Of a stretch of DNA of 64,000 nucleotides, positions 38,434 through 53,234 are shown piece after piece. The first letter of the stretch is position 1; every line of letters starts with the position of its first letter. The position numbers and the translations under genes were made by a program. Source of the DNA: Eledone cirrhosa (taxonomy: Eukaryota). Under the pieces are notes generated by a model. It did not search any database. It was not told the DNA's origin and saw only the letters and a list, made by a program, of their open reading frames with translations. The stretch covers positions 43,090,001 through 43,154,000 of the forward strand of contig OZ024745.1 in assembly GCA_964016885.1 (NCBI GenBank), read 5' to 3'.

Positions 38434-41400
38434 AACCCGAAACGGATGATGATATACAATCTACTTCAACAGGCTTGAACTTCACTAAGTAAAGGGACAC
38501 AACTAAATACCAGAAAATGTTTAGTTTAATGTGTTACTGATTGTCTTCTACTGCACGTAAATTAAAATAAAACGAAAATTTGAATGGACCGTCGTAGGTT
38601 TCAACGACGAGAGTTTCAGTTGTTCGATTCATGGAACTCGTGAAATGAACGTGGAAGTAACTGAGCATTCCACAAACTCGAGTACATTTAACGCAATTCT
38701 CAGGGAACTTCCGCATGACGCAGTATATAACAAGGCTTGCCCTTTGAATTATAGGTATATTGCACCGGACGGGCTTCTATTTAGTTTCCATTTACCCAAT
38801 TTCGCTCATGGTAAATGACACTTGCCTAAGATGCTATGCAGTGGGATCGAACTCGGAACCTAATGATTGAAAAGTTAACGTCTTAACCCTTTGTCCAAGC
38901 TGTCTCCACAAAAGAAAATTGATATATGCAAGAAATCAATATTAATTAAAATACGATTATTGTGTTGGCAGATATAGAAAACTTTTCACATCCAATGCCT
39001 GGGCTTTCTATCATTCCTCACTTTCATCTCTCCCTTCTTTTATTTTCTGTTCTATTTTATTTATTCTTCCACATTTTTTTCTCTCCTTCCTTACGCTTTT
39101 CAAAGAAAGAATGAAAGACAAAAAAAAAAAAGGAAAAGAAGAAAAGAAAAAATATGTAAGAAATAGAATAGGAAATAATGTAATGAAATAGAGAAATTAA
39201 ATAAAGCTAGGTTCATTTCCCACCACTTTGAGTTAAATTTCCCTAGAATTAATAAAAAATAAGTTCCAATAATATCTAACACTTGATTTCATGGAGTACA
39301 TTCTCCCTTTCTGAAATTGCCCTTGTGCCAACGATAGAAATTAATATTTTGGAAGGTCCAATCAGGCTATTTATAGGTAGTGGGAGGAATACAGAAGTCA
39401 ATCCTACTCCTCCACTACCACCATCACCCTCCTGCTGTTCAGGCACACTCTTTATGTCATTGTCACTACATAAAATCCAATATCTAAAAACTTAGTATGT
39501 TAATTCAAATGTTTATACTATCTTTACTACTGGATAGATATCCAGTAAGTTAAAGTTAATTAAAAAAAAAATTTATGTGATACAGTCATTGTGCAAGAAT
39601 GTCTTGCTAAAGTGGTTTCATGTGGATGTTAGAGTTAAAGATGCCTCCTCTTTTTTCCAAACTATATATCAACTACATTTACAAGTAAAAGAAGGCCTGC
39701 GAAATTTAAACATGCCTCCTTTTCTCTCCAAACTAATTAAATAAACTACAATAATCCCCCCCCCCCCCCCCCCCAAAAAAAAAATAGAAAGAGCTCCGCA
39801 GTCCAGTCAACAACCAGCTACCCCCCTAACGAAAAAGATATAAGCTTGAAAGCTTTTAAAAAATATATTTAGAAATGTCTGAGTGTTAAAAAAAACAAGA
39901 TTATTTATCTCATCAGAAGTATTATAGCATGTAAGGTCTTTATTGATTAGGTTGGTAATTTAAAATCACAAGATATTATTCAAATAATTGTTTCTATTTA
40001 AAGTACAAGGCCAACAAGGATAAAAGGCAAGGCAGGATTTGAACTCAGAACTTAAATGGCCGTAATTCTATGCTGCCAATCTACCGGATACAATCTCATC
40101 TCTTAAACACGTTTAAAATCATTTCATTAAAGCAGATAAAATAAGTATTGTGTATGTATCTAAAAAGAATTTTTGAATAAGAAGGGAACCAATAAATCAA
40201 TTTTGAAATTTTTTCCAAGGGTGAAAAAACTGGGTGAAAAAGTTAATTGAATTTACATCTTATTTCCTTTTGGTGATGAGTAAACCCGAATTCAATTCTG
40301 ACCTAGTTTACTCATTGCTTTTTGGAGGTGAGTAAACCAGGTCAGAACGGCAAATATATGTGAACATTTCCCAAATGTGTTTTTGTACAAATATACAAAC
40401 ATACATGTGAAAAAAAAAAAAAAGGGAAAAAAAAAAGAATTTCATGTTGGTTTTGTTCATATATATAACGAAAGGTCTGTTTAGAAAGTGTAAATGTTAT
40501 CAAGTTACTTCCCTTGAAATAGTTTTCCTTGGCAAATCGTTATTTCAGATTTTTGAAGTAGTTTCACACAAAAATCATCAATCTTCTATGGAAAACGTAA
40601 AAGATTTAGAAAAATTCGTTTTTGATATCATAGACCCAAACATCCCTCTCTCCAGTAAAGTGTAGGTTTGTTATGCTAAGGATGTATATTTGCAGAAGAA
40701 TAGCAACTCTCTTCATTTGACTCAGTCTAGCACACCTACCTCTACTAGGTGCTACTAGAAAACAATTGAATGCATTGACACACAGAAAGAGATTGGACAG
40801 TGAACAAATAGCAAAATCCACATAGCACATTATATAGTGAAACACTGCATATCAAACTGCAGAGTACGGCCCTCCATTAGGTGAAGACATGGAATAGCTG
40901 AAACAATGCATCTATGAATTACCCCTACTAGGTGAACTACTTATCTATGAGTCATATGTCAGCTTGAATCAAGATAAACTTAGGCTACATGATAACTGAA
41001 TTAATTTGGAGGAAAATAAGTTATAGTTATGATGCATGACATAAGTGCCAGTGAATGTTGTAGGCTTTCAAGATATTAAAGTCACATTACTGGTGGGCTT
41101 CTAATTAATAGTACTTCATAGAGAAAACTACATTGAAAGTCGATTCCTGAAATATCTTATGGAAACTAACCAATTTCAGATGGGAAATCAGAATGTATAT
41201 ATTATGTTCTACTGCTCTGGCCTTGTGCTATTCCTATGTGTCGTATGCATGCTCTATTTGGGTGAGATCAACACATGCCTGATCACTGGTTGCTAAAACC
41301 CAACCCACCAATACAAACAACTTGCAACTCTTCAGATAATAGCCATGAAGTTGTCAACTGAGTTAAGATGACAAATGTTATTAATGATGAAATGATGAAC

Positions 41401-41769
41401 AATACCTCCTTTGTAGACGTCAACTACAAGCCCAACAACTGAAATCCAGAAGAAGCTTCTTGTCCAGCCCCTAACAAGATCTCAAGAGGGGACCCAACCA
41501 CAGCTTTGGATGGATAGCGTTGGTAACGACCCTTTTCCAACTGACATGAAAATCCTCCCTTCTGAAGATCTCCCTCTTGGCTCAGAAGCACTGTGGGATC
41601 AGTGGAAGACACTGAAAACAAGAATGAGATGATCAAAGCTGCTTTGGTCAAATGGAGCCACAGGACAGTCTCAGCTACCTGTTAGTATGGAGAAGCAGGC
41701 CAGTTAGTGGTGTTAATCATGTACAAAATTATTCTTTTCCTGAATTTTCTCCCATACATTAAAGAATTC

Positions 41770-42540
41770 CTAACTTCCTCACTACATGCATTATCTTTGT
41801 AGCATTCGCTAATTGAGCTGTCTTTTTGTGTGCCAAATGGACCTCCCACCAACAAAAACAAAGATGAAGGTAGGTGGTAAAAGCAGTAAGGATAGTGATG
41901 CAAATCTTAAGACAGCTAGAGAAGTGCTAAGTCTCCAAAAAAGCTGCAAGTCTTGGATCAGTTGAAATCTAAGTCAATGGGGAAATAGCACAGAAATTAG
42001 TTGAATATCCATCCAATAAAACAAAGAGGTATTAGTGTTCCATTTGCAATAACAAAATGGTGACTCAGGTTCATGATAAAGTGGCTTGTAAAGATTAAGA
42101 AAGCATTAAATGTGGGATTAGAGAGCATGGTATAGAAGCATGCCCCTGCTTACCAAAATATTTTGCATGAAAGGCATGTAGCCTATATGAATATTTCATA
42201 TAGAAGAGGCTTAAAGCTCATGAGGGATAGCTTTATAATTTGATAGAGCATTACAACTTCAAGATTATGGGAGAATTGACTGGTATAGAAGCAACTTCAG
42301 AATTCAGAGAATACCCCCCAAAAAATAACCAAAGAAAAAGGTTACCAGCAAGAGCAAATCCTCAAAGTGTCAATTGGTTTCAGTATTCAAGGCTTAGAAG
42401 GATCATCATTCCAGTGCTAAGTGCCAATGCAGCAAGTCATATTATCATACCAGGCCTAGTGTACTGAGCCCCAAATCATGATGCCCTTAAGAACATAAGC
42501 TAAAATATACTGCCTGCATTTTTACAACACATGAATCTTG
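41770..42540 (+). mobile_element. degenerate Tigger/pogo-like transposase remnant
   Basis: ANAASHIIIPGLVY*APNHDALKNIS*NILPAF resembles the Tigger DDE region; possible C-terminal piece (KKPITSFF) at ~44360-44400. Confidence 0.45.
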
Positions 42541-42549
42541 AGTAATGAC

Positions 42550-42960
42550 TGAAAGAATATGATCGCAAATACAAGCGGCCGAAATGGGATTCCTCCGAAG
42601 GGTCTTTGGAGTAACGTTACTTGACAAAGTGTGTACCTTGGAGATCAGAGAATTACTCCTGGTAGAGCCACTACTTCTCTGAATTGAGAGATCACAGCTC
42701 CGATGCTATGGGCATGTGGTTAGAATGTCTTCGAAAAGAATTTCTGGACAGATTTTATGGGCAAAACCAACCGGCAAGAGACCCAGGGGTAGACCCCCCG
42801 AGCAAGATGGTTGGATAACATCCATGAGCTTGGCTGGTCACATTTGGGGATCCAGCCTGATCAATTGGAGACAGTTGCTTCTGACAGGACCCGCTGGAAG
42901 GAGTGCTTGAGGATTCTGCCTCCATGACCCTCTCAGGAATAAGTGGGCAAAGAAGAAGGG
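42550..42960 (+). mobile_element. RTE-clade LINE 3' fragment (second family)
   Basis: IQAAEMGFLRRV.GVTLLDKV...IERSQLR.YGHVVRM...KPTGKRPRGRP. Confidence 0.75.
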
Positions 42961-44680
42961 GGTAAGGGACACTATGTTCCTTCATTCGTTCCATCACTTT
43001 TTTATACCTGAAGTAAAGAATACTTTGAGAAGAAGGGGTGTCATTCAAAGCTTTTCAGTGATAATGTTCTCATGTATGAATCCCTTGCTGCAAAATCGTA
43101 CATTAGTCAGTTTTTGTTATTGTATTAAACAATTATTTTATACATTGGTATATATCGGTGCAAATCCTGCCAAATGATCAAACACAACACAAGGTTGCTC
43201 TTGTCTATAAAATGTGAAGCAGATAGTGACTGACCTCTCATTTGGTCACAGCAAAGTTTGCTGAGGCCAATTAAGCCACTGCTGGCCCCAGTTCAATTGA
43301 TTGCAACAGTTTGTCTTGGCATTTTTTCACCCAGCAATCATCATCCATATGCATCACATGTCCGTGCCATCAGTATCCTCTCTTGCACACTACATCTGAT
43401 TCCTCTAATACCCAGTTTCTCTCTCATTTCATCCATGCTTTGTCAATCCAGCACATCCATAGAAGCATACTTGCCTAATTTCTCTCCAGCCTTTGCATAT
43501 CAGCTGCATTCACTGCCCATATCTAACTACCATGCAACATTGCACTTCGCACACAGGCGTCATACAGCTGTTCTTTTGTTCACAGTCATCATCATCATCA
43601 TCATCACCGTTTTACGTCCGTTCTTCCACGCTAGCATGGGTTAGACGGGTTGTCCTGTTGTGGGCAGTGTCTGGTTGGCTGACCATGCCTTGCTCATACA
43701 GGAACTGATCTGGCTTGATTTCTACAGCTGGATGCCCTTCCTAACACCAACCTCATTTACAGTGAGTGCTGGGTGCTTTTTCGTGGCGCCTACACGTCCA
43801 CTTTACAGTGTGGGCTGGGTGCTTTTTTGCCGTGGCACCTCCACGACCACCTTGCGGTGGGGGGTGTGGGGGGGGGGCATATTGTCTATATGCTTCAGCT
43901 TGTACCCATGGGAGGTCGGGTACTCTGTATTACTGCGTAACGCCAGAAGTCACGGTCGTGTGTCATTGCCTTTTGTTGCCAATAGAGGGAGTAGCTCCCT
44001 AAGCTTCTTCTGGTGTTGGGTTCATGATTGTATGGATGAGAGTTTGGTTCCTGGATTTGGTGATGTGTTAAATCCCTAAACAAGACACTTCATTTCATGT
44101 TGTTCCTGTCCACTCAGATTAAAAAAGACCCTAAAAAACCAAACAAGTACCAGCTGCAGAAGTTGAAGGTCGATCTTATGTCCTGTCTAGTATTCTGGAC
44201 TAAGTACTTGTACTTTGAATCCCTTAACACCAATGAAACTGGGATAAGTTTTGAAGATATAATCAAGAAGTTCACTCCTACAATAGAACAAAGCCTATGT
44301 ATCTTCCTTAAGATCACAGTTGACCTGGAACCACTCCAACGGTTCTTTGATGAATCTAAGAAAAAACCTATAACTTCTTTTTTTAAACCAAGAACTCCAG
44401 AATTGTAAAACCTCATTTCGCTTTCAAAAATGCTTAGCCATCACTCAAAAATGCTTAGCCATCACTGATTAATCAGAGAACCTGTCCTTATACCTCCTCC
44501 CAAACATTGCTGTACACAGCTACTTTTATATAAGGGTCTTGAACATAACAAAATTTTCTAATAATGTAGTGGTTGCAGAACTAATTAAATGTCAAAGAAG
44601 GATTTTTGTGGTTTAGGTTATATTTAAAATGTTTCATTTAAGAAATGTTTTTTTAGACCAGAATCTTTCTTTGGTTTTGT

Positions 44681-45212
44681 TATAGAAAATCAGCCCTCTT
44701 AATTTCAATGGGAAATAATTATTTTCCCTCGTTCTTTTATTGTGCGCTATCAACTAATCTGACCTCTAAAAATGCCGCAAAAAGCCCCCCCCCCCCCGAA
44801 AACAGAGGGGGGGGGGGCTATTTTTTCCCCACCTCGGAATTTTGTTGACCAATTTTTTTTTTCATGTTTTATATTATTCATGTTTTTAGTTAACCGTTTC
44901 TCACAAATGCTGGAAGGGTTAGGGCTAGAGTTAAGACTTTCCCACCAAACGCGAAAGAGATGTAGATCTGCGAAATTCTACAAAGCCAGTCATTTCCGAG
45001 TGGTTTGGAGGTCAGATTTGTTAAACACACGAAAAAGAAAAAAAAAAAAAATAGTAAAGAAAATCCCGGAGGTGAGACGAAAGTCCGAGCTCCCGCTCCG
45101 TTTTCCGGGGGGGAAAAGTCATTGGCATGTTTGGAGGTTAGATTAGTTGATAGCACACACAAAAGGTAAAATAATTATTTCCCACTGAAAAGGACTGGAG
45201 TGATTTTCTATG
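44681..45212. mobile_element. MITE with long imperfect TIRs
   Basis: Left tATAGAAAATCA..TGGGAAATAATTATTTT..GCTATCAACTAATCTgACCTC mirrored on the right by GAGGTTAGATTAGTTGATAGC..AAAATAATTATTTCCCA..TGATTTTCTATg; no clear TSD. Confidence 0.7.
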
Positions 45213-48200
45213 AATTTATAATTTTTTCCTATTATTCCTGACTTGTCACAACTTTCACGTCTGCTCGTTAGAAGCTGACTTAAGATTTTTTGCATACGCT
45301 AGACAGAATATTTTTTATTTAACAAGCAAATTCCTTACATATATTTATTTGAATAACAAATAACTTCGTCTAATAGTACAAATTTAACAATTCTGAAGTA
45401 AAAATAAATTGAATTTCTTTCACTAATATAACAATTTTTAACACCATTTTCGTAAAAAGTCAATTGTATTGAATGTAATTAAATACAGTAGAAAAAAAAA
45501 ACATCGATCATTATGTACAACAGCTGTCCTATTATGTTGAAATTTGACAACGTATAAATGCAAAGATTTCGTATGAAGTCGCAATGGAACGATTAATTAT
45601 ACACTTTAAATTAAACTAGAGCTCATTAATTATTTTCAATTTTAAATAAATTAAATTGCTTTCCTTTAAAACTAAAATGTTACATCGAAAGAACAAATAT
45701 GATTATTTCTTTCACGTATATAAAATATAGATTTGCTGTAAATTGTTGAGTAAGAAATCTACAGTACGGGGAAGGGGAACTCGTAACGATGTCAATATAA
45801 AGCTGCCTAAACACATCTGACTGAATAAATGGCAGATGAGAAGAAAATCGAAAGAAATTCTGCATGTACATTAATAAAATAATTAAACATTAAAATTTAG
45901 AAATAATATTTCATTCCTAAAAAAGCTATGTAAAAAAAAAAATCGTAAGAAATTCTGCAATAGGATAATTAAAAATTTAACTAAAAAAAAATTAATTCCT
46001 ACAAAACTATGGAAAATATTTTATTCCTAAGAAACTATGGAAAATTGTAAGAAATTATGCATGTACATTAATAAGATAATTAAAAATTAAAATTAGAAAT
46101 AATATTTCATTCCTAAAAAACTATGTTGATTGTATCCTCGATATAAAACTTGTCCAATATATGATTTAATGGGAATCGAACTCAAAATTTAGTAAAGAAT
46201 CAGTTACCTTTGTATGAAGAGTTGTAGCGCCAGCAACTTCTCGCTTTCAGGAAGTGGACACATTCAAATATGGACGAATATCATAGAAGGCAATCCTAAC
46301 TTTTTGGATCTCTATATCAACGGAAGTTTAGGTTATTGATATTAACAATATTTTGATGATAATTCTATCCCCTGTTCATTTTCAGCTGATTTACATTATA
46401 TGATTGTTATATTAGGTAGGTTTTCTATACATTTTAAAGTTTTGTCACAATATTAACATCACTAAAACGTGTTGTTTATTAAACTTATTAACTCTTTCCA
46501 AGTTATTCCTTTATCATTGTTATTTTATAAACTTCATTTACTGATGTGATTAATATAATGTGGATTGTGTGCGAATTTCTTGTATGTTTAAACATGTATT
46601 TTCCCTCATTATATTCAAACTACCTTCCGCGATTGCATCTAATCCCTTTATGTGTAATTAAGGCGGGAATGTCCTTTAGATTATATTTGTAACTACATTT
46701 CAACAAGATTGAATAATAAATATTAAAAGCGAAGATTATTGAATTAATCGAAGCTTGATTGAAATAAAATAGTATGTTGTTAGTAAAGATTTTAGTTTAT
46801 TTTGAAATGTTTCCAAAAGCAAGACGTTTATTTCATTTTCAACGTCAAATGAGTGTTGTCTCATTTTTGTTAGCAAGAAAAGTTAAAGCGAATATTCATT
46901 TCTTAATTCCCACATCAAATTCCCACTCGTTTATTTACATTCAATATTTGAATTTATTCAAATTAATTACTTTTTAGTCTACTAAATTCTCAACATTCTT
47001 GAATTGTATTGCCTTTTAGGAAAATGTTTTTCAATTTTCACTGAAATTGCACAAACGAATACCTCTAATTCGAATTTATTAAAATTAATTACTTTTTAAT
47101 CTATTAAATTCTTAACACTCTTGAATACTGAATATTATTTTAGGAAAATATTTCTGCAGTTTGTATTCGAAATTCAGAAAAGTAGACATCAAGATAATTT
47201 CGTCTTGGGTGCTTTTTCGAAGAACAAAGTGATATTAACGTAAATTTGTAATTGCATTTATGTATCTCGAAACAATTATAATACTCGATGTCTCTAGTTT
47301 AGGAGATTGAAAGCTTTGTGTAGCTTAACTTGAAAACTGTTATTTGTGTTAGAGACAATTAGAATAGTTTGAAGTTGAGTGACAAAATCGATTACTTCAG
47401 TTAAGATTTATTTATAGAATCAGTAAACGTTGTGTTTATTGCTTCAAACAAAAACATTAAGCATGTCCTCAATTATCTAGGTGATAGTAACGAGCCTGTA
47501 AACTATGATTAATAATTCATTAGAGCTAATAACCACAGCTAGTTTCTGTAGCGTGTTCCTGCAATCGCGTCATTTGGAGTCATGGTTCGTGAGAGGTTCA
47601 TAGCAGTCGGTCTTGTTTTTCTCATTAAACCATTAGAGTAATTTTGGTCTAGCAGTTTTTCAAATAATACTTGTAATTCAAATTTATTCAAATGAAATAC
47701 TTTTTAATCTACTAAATTCTTAACTCTTGAATAGTGAATATTTTTGCTTTTTAGGAAAATGTTATTTTTTGCAATTTGTATTCGTAATTTTTGTAATCTG
47801 TAAATTTACGTTTATAGAATGAAGCTTAACCTCATAGATCTACTTCATATGAACTATTTACGGCGAACTGTCGAATCAGGCGCTAACTGCGTTAATTAAA
47901 AACTAATGTGTTAATCAAAAATACTTATTTCATGGAGAGGGCAACTTACATCTTTGTGTGTGTGTGTGTGGCCCAAAGGATTAACATCTACCAATGGGCA
48001 AAAGGTGAAACGTGTTACTAATAAAGCAACTTGTATTATTACAAATGATCACAATGTAGGTATCAATCGCTATTTATCTATACTGTTTCGTAGCTATTCA
48101 ATTTATGAGTATAAACGATTTTGTCAGTCCACGACACATGTACTAAATAGTTTGAGTTTGAAATGCAGAGATAATTGTTTCTGTGTATCTATGCCTGTCG

Positions 48201-48493
48201 ATATACAAAAGCAACTGATCCAGTCCTTTAACGGACTCGATCAGCTGTCGGTTATCATTACATTAGAGAGTGAGAGAGAGAGTAAATTTACTAAATAGTT
48301 AAAAACAAGATGGTATTTTTTTTTTTGATTCCGCTCGCATTACTATGGCCACGCTGAGGCGAATTTAGGACTCGGGAATTCTTTTTTATTAACCGACTAA
48401 AGCAGAGCAAGGTATTTTTGTTTGACACTGACTTTTTTCCGAACTCGCGCGCGTTATATATATCAACAATATGAACACGCGCAAACACATACA

Positions 48494-48686
48494 ATAATTG
48501 TTTCTACTTTTGGCACAAGGCCAGCAATTATCCAGTTCATTACTGGTACTTTATTTTATCGACCCCGTAAGGATGAAAGGCAAAGTTGACCTCGGCGGGA
48601 TTTGAACTCAGAATGGAAAGGGCCGTAACTCTATGCATCAAAGCATGGTGTCTGATCCTCTACCGATACTGCCAATCCACCGCCCT
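48494..48686 (-). mobile_element. tRNA-derived SINE family B
   Basis: Full-length reverse-complement copy. Confidence 0.85.
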
Positions 48687-49099
48687 ACAATAATATATCA
48701 CCATCATTCAACATTTGTTCTCCCTTTCTGCAAGATTTCGGCGAGTTGAGACTCAAGCGGAAGTAATGACCTCTCAGATGGGCTGCTTCTCGCTCCACCA
48801 AATGTTCAGACAGGTCTGGTTTCTTACATACGTTCCCATACTCGACTGAGTACATTTTATCGGTGCACCAGCACTAGGAAAGTTGTCATGTCTTTGTCAA
48901 CTTTTCTGTTGCTGGATGTTCTTCCTGTCACCAACCTGTTTACTGTGTTGTGTGTTTATTGTGTAAATCATCATTACTAGAGGGATTGTCGTGCCATTGA
49001 CACAACTGAAATCTTTCAAAATGACTTGGTTATTGCTAACTGATTCGGCTTTCAGTTATTATTCAGACCTTGAGCCCAAATCTGGAATCAAAAGACCTG

Positions 49100-49790
49100 A
49101 AAGCAAGCTTAGCAAAGACTTGATTCCATCAGAGAGATGGCCATGCTCAGTATGTAAAAAAAAGGGGTGGATAAACTACATGTACATAAGAGATGTGGCG
49201 GGATCTTGGGGAGGTTAACAAAAGCTATTTATATGGCAGAGTAGTGAGTAGCAAGGACTTACATGAAACAGGCTATCAAATTCTCAGATGGCTTCCTAGA
49301 AATAGTTGATAGCTTCTGTTACCTAGCTGACTTCATCAGGAGTAGGTGCTCTGAAAGTGCAGTAGCTGCTGTGAGAACTGGGTGGAAAAAATTCTGAGAG
49401 CTACTGCCTACAAAGGTCTTCACCATCAGGATGAAAGGCAGATTATATGATGTCTGTGTGAGAACTAACACTGCATGGATGTGAGATAGGCTTTGAGTGT
49501 AGAGGATCTGTGAAGACTAGAAAGAAATGAGACAAGCATGCTCCAATGTATGTGTCATATTAGTGTGCATGAAAGGTGAAGTGTAAGCGAACTGAGAGAA
49601 AAGCTATACATAAGAGGAATTAGATGCAGTGTAGAAGAGAAGACTGCTGGTATTGATATGTGATGCACATTGAGGATGACAGTTGTATGATGAAGTCAGG
49701 TACTCAATGTTGATGGAATATATAGAAGAATTAGGAAAACTTTGGATGATGTGACGGTTGACCTCATGTAGCTGAGCCTCACAATATCAA
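49100..49790 (+). mobile_element. degenerate RTE LINE fragment
   Basis: WPCSVCKK...RTGWKKF.ELLP...KGRLYDVCVR; diverged homologue of 62960-63670. Confidence 0.7.
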
Positions 49791-50107
49791 GTTGGCTGGC
49801 AATATGTCATATAACAGAAGACTCACCTTCTCACCTTAAGTTTTGGCAAGAGATGGGGACTCCCACTTTGTACTTTGGGTTGTAACCTGCTCATGTTATC
49901 CTCATTTTGAGGCAACGTTTTGTGACTGGGTGTCCTTCCAAGTGCGAACTCGCTGAATTACCTTTTATGGTATACAGAGATATAGTGTATCTATTCTAAA
50001 CCGAGTACACGCAGATAAAAGAAAATAATGATATTGTTAATTTTTCTCAAACATCCACACACCATAGGGATGAAGAATCACAGTACTTTGATTGAATATT
50101 CTTTTAA

Positions 50108-50295
50108 CCCTTTAGCATTTACATTACTCTATATATACCATTATATTTTTGTGGTAAACACTTTACCTCACATAATATCGAATCTGAGATTTTGAGAACA
50201 ATACCTTAACATCTGTAAGTTGCCAGTTATGGCTGGTTTGGATAGAAAGAGGTGAGAGAATCTGACCGGATATGACTGGTTTAAATACTAAAGGG
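50108..50295. mobile_element. piggyBac-type MITE
   Basis: TTAA TSDs; homologous to 1591-1787. Confidence 0.85.
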
Positions 50296-50460
50296 TTAAG
50301 GCACCAATTATTTATTTATTTATTTTTTTTTTATTGTTTAGTCATTGAGGGAAAGGCAGTGCCCATCTTTTTTAGTGACTTCCTATCTAGTGGGGGTGGG
50401 ATGGGAGTAGAGTATCCTCAAACCCAAGAACTGCCACTTGATCAAAGTGCAATCAATCAT

Positions 50461-50801
50461 CATCATTTTCATCATCATTTCATTTTACGTCCACTTTTCC
50501 CTGCTTGCAAGGGTGGGACAGGAACTGATTCTGGCTTGATTTCTACAGCTGGATGCCCTTCCTAACACCAACCTCATTTACAGTGAGTGCTGGGTGCTTT
50601 TTTGCCGTGGCACCTCCACGACCACTTTGCAGTGGAATGATAGGGACCCCAGTCCCTATCATCTCATTTCTACAGCTGAGTAAACTGGAGCAATGTGAAA
50701 GTACCTTGCTCAAGGAAACAACACATCGCCCGGTCTGAGAATTGAACTCACAACCTTTCGATTGCAAGGCCAATGCTCTAACCACTAAGCCATGTGCCTC
50801 C
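50461..50801 (-). mobile_element. SINE family A
   Basis: Near-identical to 856-1192. Confidence 0.85.
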
Positions 50802-50922
50802 ATTCATAATCTGGCTATGATAATATATAATTTATGTGTTAAGGTAGGGGTTGATTGTAGGATTATGATTTGTATTTGCTTGAATTTGTGGATAGTGTGT
50901 GTTTAGTTTAGATTTGTTTACA

Positions 50923-51108
50923 ATAATTGTTTCTACTTTAGGCACAAGGCCAGCAATTACCCAGTATATTACTGGTACTTTATTTTATCGACCCCGTAAG
51001 GATGAAAGGCAAAGTCAACCTCGGCGGGATTTGAACTCAGATCGTAAAGGGACGTAAATATGCTGGAAAGCATGGCGTCCGACTCTCTACCGATACTGCC
51101 AATCCACC
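50923..51108 (-). mobile_element. SINE family B
   Basis: Full-length reverse-complement copy. Confidence 0.85.
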
Positions 51109-51590
51109 TACAATAATATAGCCAAATGATGGTCTTAGTCTATATTTATGACTATCCTTGTGTTTAAAAGAGTGTCTTTTATTTTGAGGTTGTTGAGGGT
51201 ATAGAAGCTGAAAAAAACATTTTCATTAGCACCTTCAAGTTGATCTGTGCCCATTGCCTGTTCCATACTATTGTTACTACTGTCAGTTTTCATCTAGAGC
51301 GTTTAAACATCTGGTTTTTAAATCCAAATACCAAAATACATATTGAAATATGAAATGTTCAAACATTGCAACAGGAAAGGATAATGGAAGATACAATTTT
51401 GATACGATGGCCCTATGTCAAGCTAAGTTTGAAAGGATAGGTCAAATTATTACAATGAAAGGCTATACATTTTTGATTTTTTGGAGACATGATAATATAG
51501 AAACCTGAAGTTATTGTATTTTACTTGTTTATTTATTGTTTATTTATTTTTGTTTTTACAGATTTATTTTGTTTGTAATGACTACAAAGA

Positions 51591-51614
51591 ATGTCAGAAG
51601 TGGTTTTTAATCAG
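51591..51614 (+). CDS. DAXX: DAXX first coding micro-exon (MSEVVFNQ)
   Basis: Acceptor TTTTTACAG at 51561, ATG preceded by an in-frame TGA, donor CAG|GTAAAC; phase 0 joins in frame to FLNFLEDH, completing the first helix of the DAXX helical bundle. Confidence 0.7.
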
Positions 51615-51702
51615 GTAAACAATTTCTTTGATTCCTTATAATCCTTTTCTTTCTCTTGATACAGTCAATTTTCCTAATATTTATTGTGGAGTATATTATA
51701 TA

Positions 51703-52932
51703 CTAGTTGCAGTACCCGGTAATACCCGGGAAAGGTGGGGTTATTCGCAGTTTCCAGAGAGCGCCTGAAAATGCTAGTGACCCTGGGTGCCCATACTGGA
51801 TTTTCAATGGCAACCTTTGCTAGGTGTGTTTATGGCAGATCAATTTTTTGTGTGGAACTATCAATATCTGTTTAAGTCATAGGTCCTTCTTCCATCCAGC
51901 TTGCTTCATTCAGAGGAAGAGTATCGAACTTATTCAACAAAGTTATGTATAAGAATAGCAAACTTACTGCCTTAGCGCTCAAGAACAAACACAAAACAAT
52001 TGAGGAAGTCATCGCAATTATTGAAGAAATTATAACTGAGTGAACATATTCAGGTACTTATATCACCGTTTGTAAAGCCCTTCGAATAACTGAAGTAATT
52101 CAATAAAACCATCCTGTTTTTCCCCTATAGTAGACATAACCCAAGAAAACATACCATTATAAGTTGGATAAACAATCAGAAGTGTTGGCCCTAAAGAGGG
52201 CTTTGTAATATTCACTGTTGCAAAGTGTCAGTAATGGGGGAGAAGTTACATTTTCTTAATTCGTGTTAATCTTCCCACGATCCGACACCTCGAAATATCG
52301 ACAAAATAAACTCTACTCAAAGACGGCATGTTACAATTAACATGCTGGGAGTACAAATATTCGTCAACATATGATTTGGGTTTTATTCTTCGGACTAATC
52401 TCATGGTAAGCCAACTTCCAGGTCATTGATCATCACACTTTTTTGTAACTTATCACCGATTCCTGCAATTGACCTTAATGTGACCTAAGCGTGTGCATGT
52501 ATTCAGAATCCATATCAGTAGATGTGATATATATATATATATATCATATACACACACACAGACAGAGATCTGTTCAGTTGTCAACCCAAATTAGATTGCT
52601 GTCTGTTTTGTTTGAAATTTCTTTATGTATATTTCTAATAAGTTGTTGCCTCGATTTGGAGGACTGAGTTGTGGGAAGAGAGAGAGTTTAATATACTGTA
52701 GTAGTATCTCCTCTTCCTCCTCTCTCACTAAAACTTCTTCTCTTTTCTCCTCCATTGTAAAGATGTCCCCAGGGTTTCCATTATTGATTTTTATTGAAAT
52801 CCAATTAGCCAGTCCTGTTTCTGAATATTAGCTTAACATGTGTGTAAAGTTTCATCAGGATTGGATCACTGGTGTTGGTGCCAACTGGTTATACACAGAT
52901 ACACAGACAGAAATTGCCATTTATATAGTAGA
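51703..52932 (-). mobile_element. non-autonomous Helitron in a DAXX intron
   Basis: Minus strand A|TCTACTATATAAA...CCCGG GTATTA CCGGG TACTGCAA CTAG|T: 5' TC, 3' CTAG, subterminal GC hairpin, AT insertion site, no TSD. Confidence 0.75.
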
Positions 52933-53234
52933 TAATATGGTATATTGTAGTATATAATATATATAAAATGGTTTACTGTTGTGTATAATATATAACATGG
53001 TATGCACTGTACTTGAATTAACTAATGAAGAATTTAGAAGAATATACTAAAATTTTTGATTATTTTATTATTAAGATGACTTTTGTAACACAAAAGTTTC
53101 TTACATCAAATTATGTTGGGAGATTTTAATTTAAGTAGAGACATTTTTAAAACGTGTGGTTTTGTTTCATAAAACCAAACTATTAGTTTATTTGTTCTCC
53201 CTGTTCTATACCATACTGATAAACTGTTGTAAAG

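Noticed and set aside
46240-46420. Possible DAXX promoter / non-coding first exon (GGAAGTG motif, AG|GTAGGT donor)
   Set aside because: Short motifs only; cannot be supported without transcript data.
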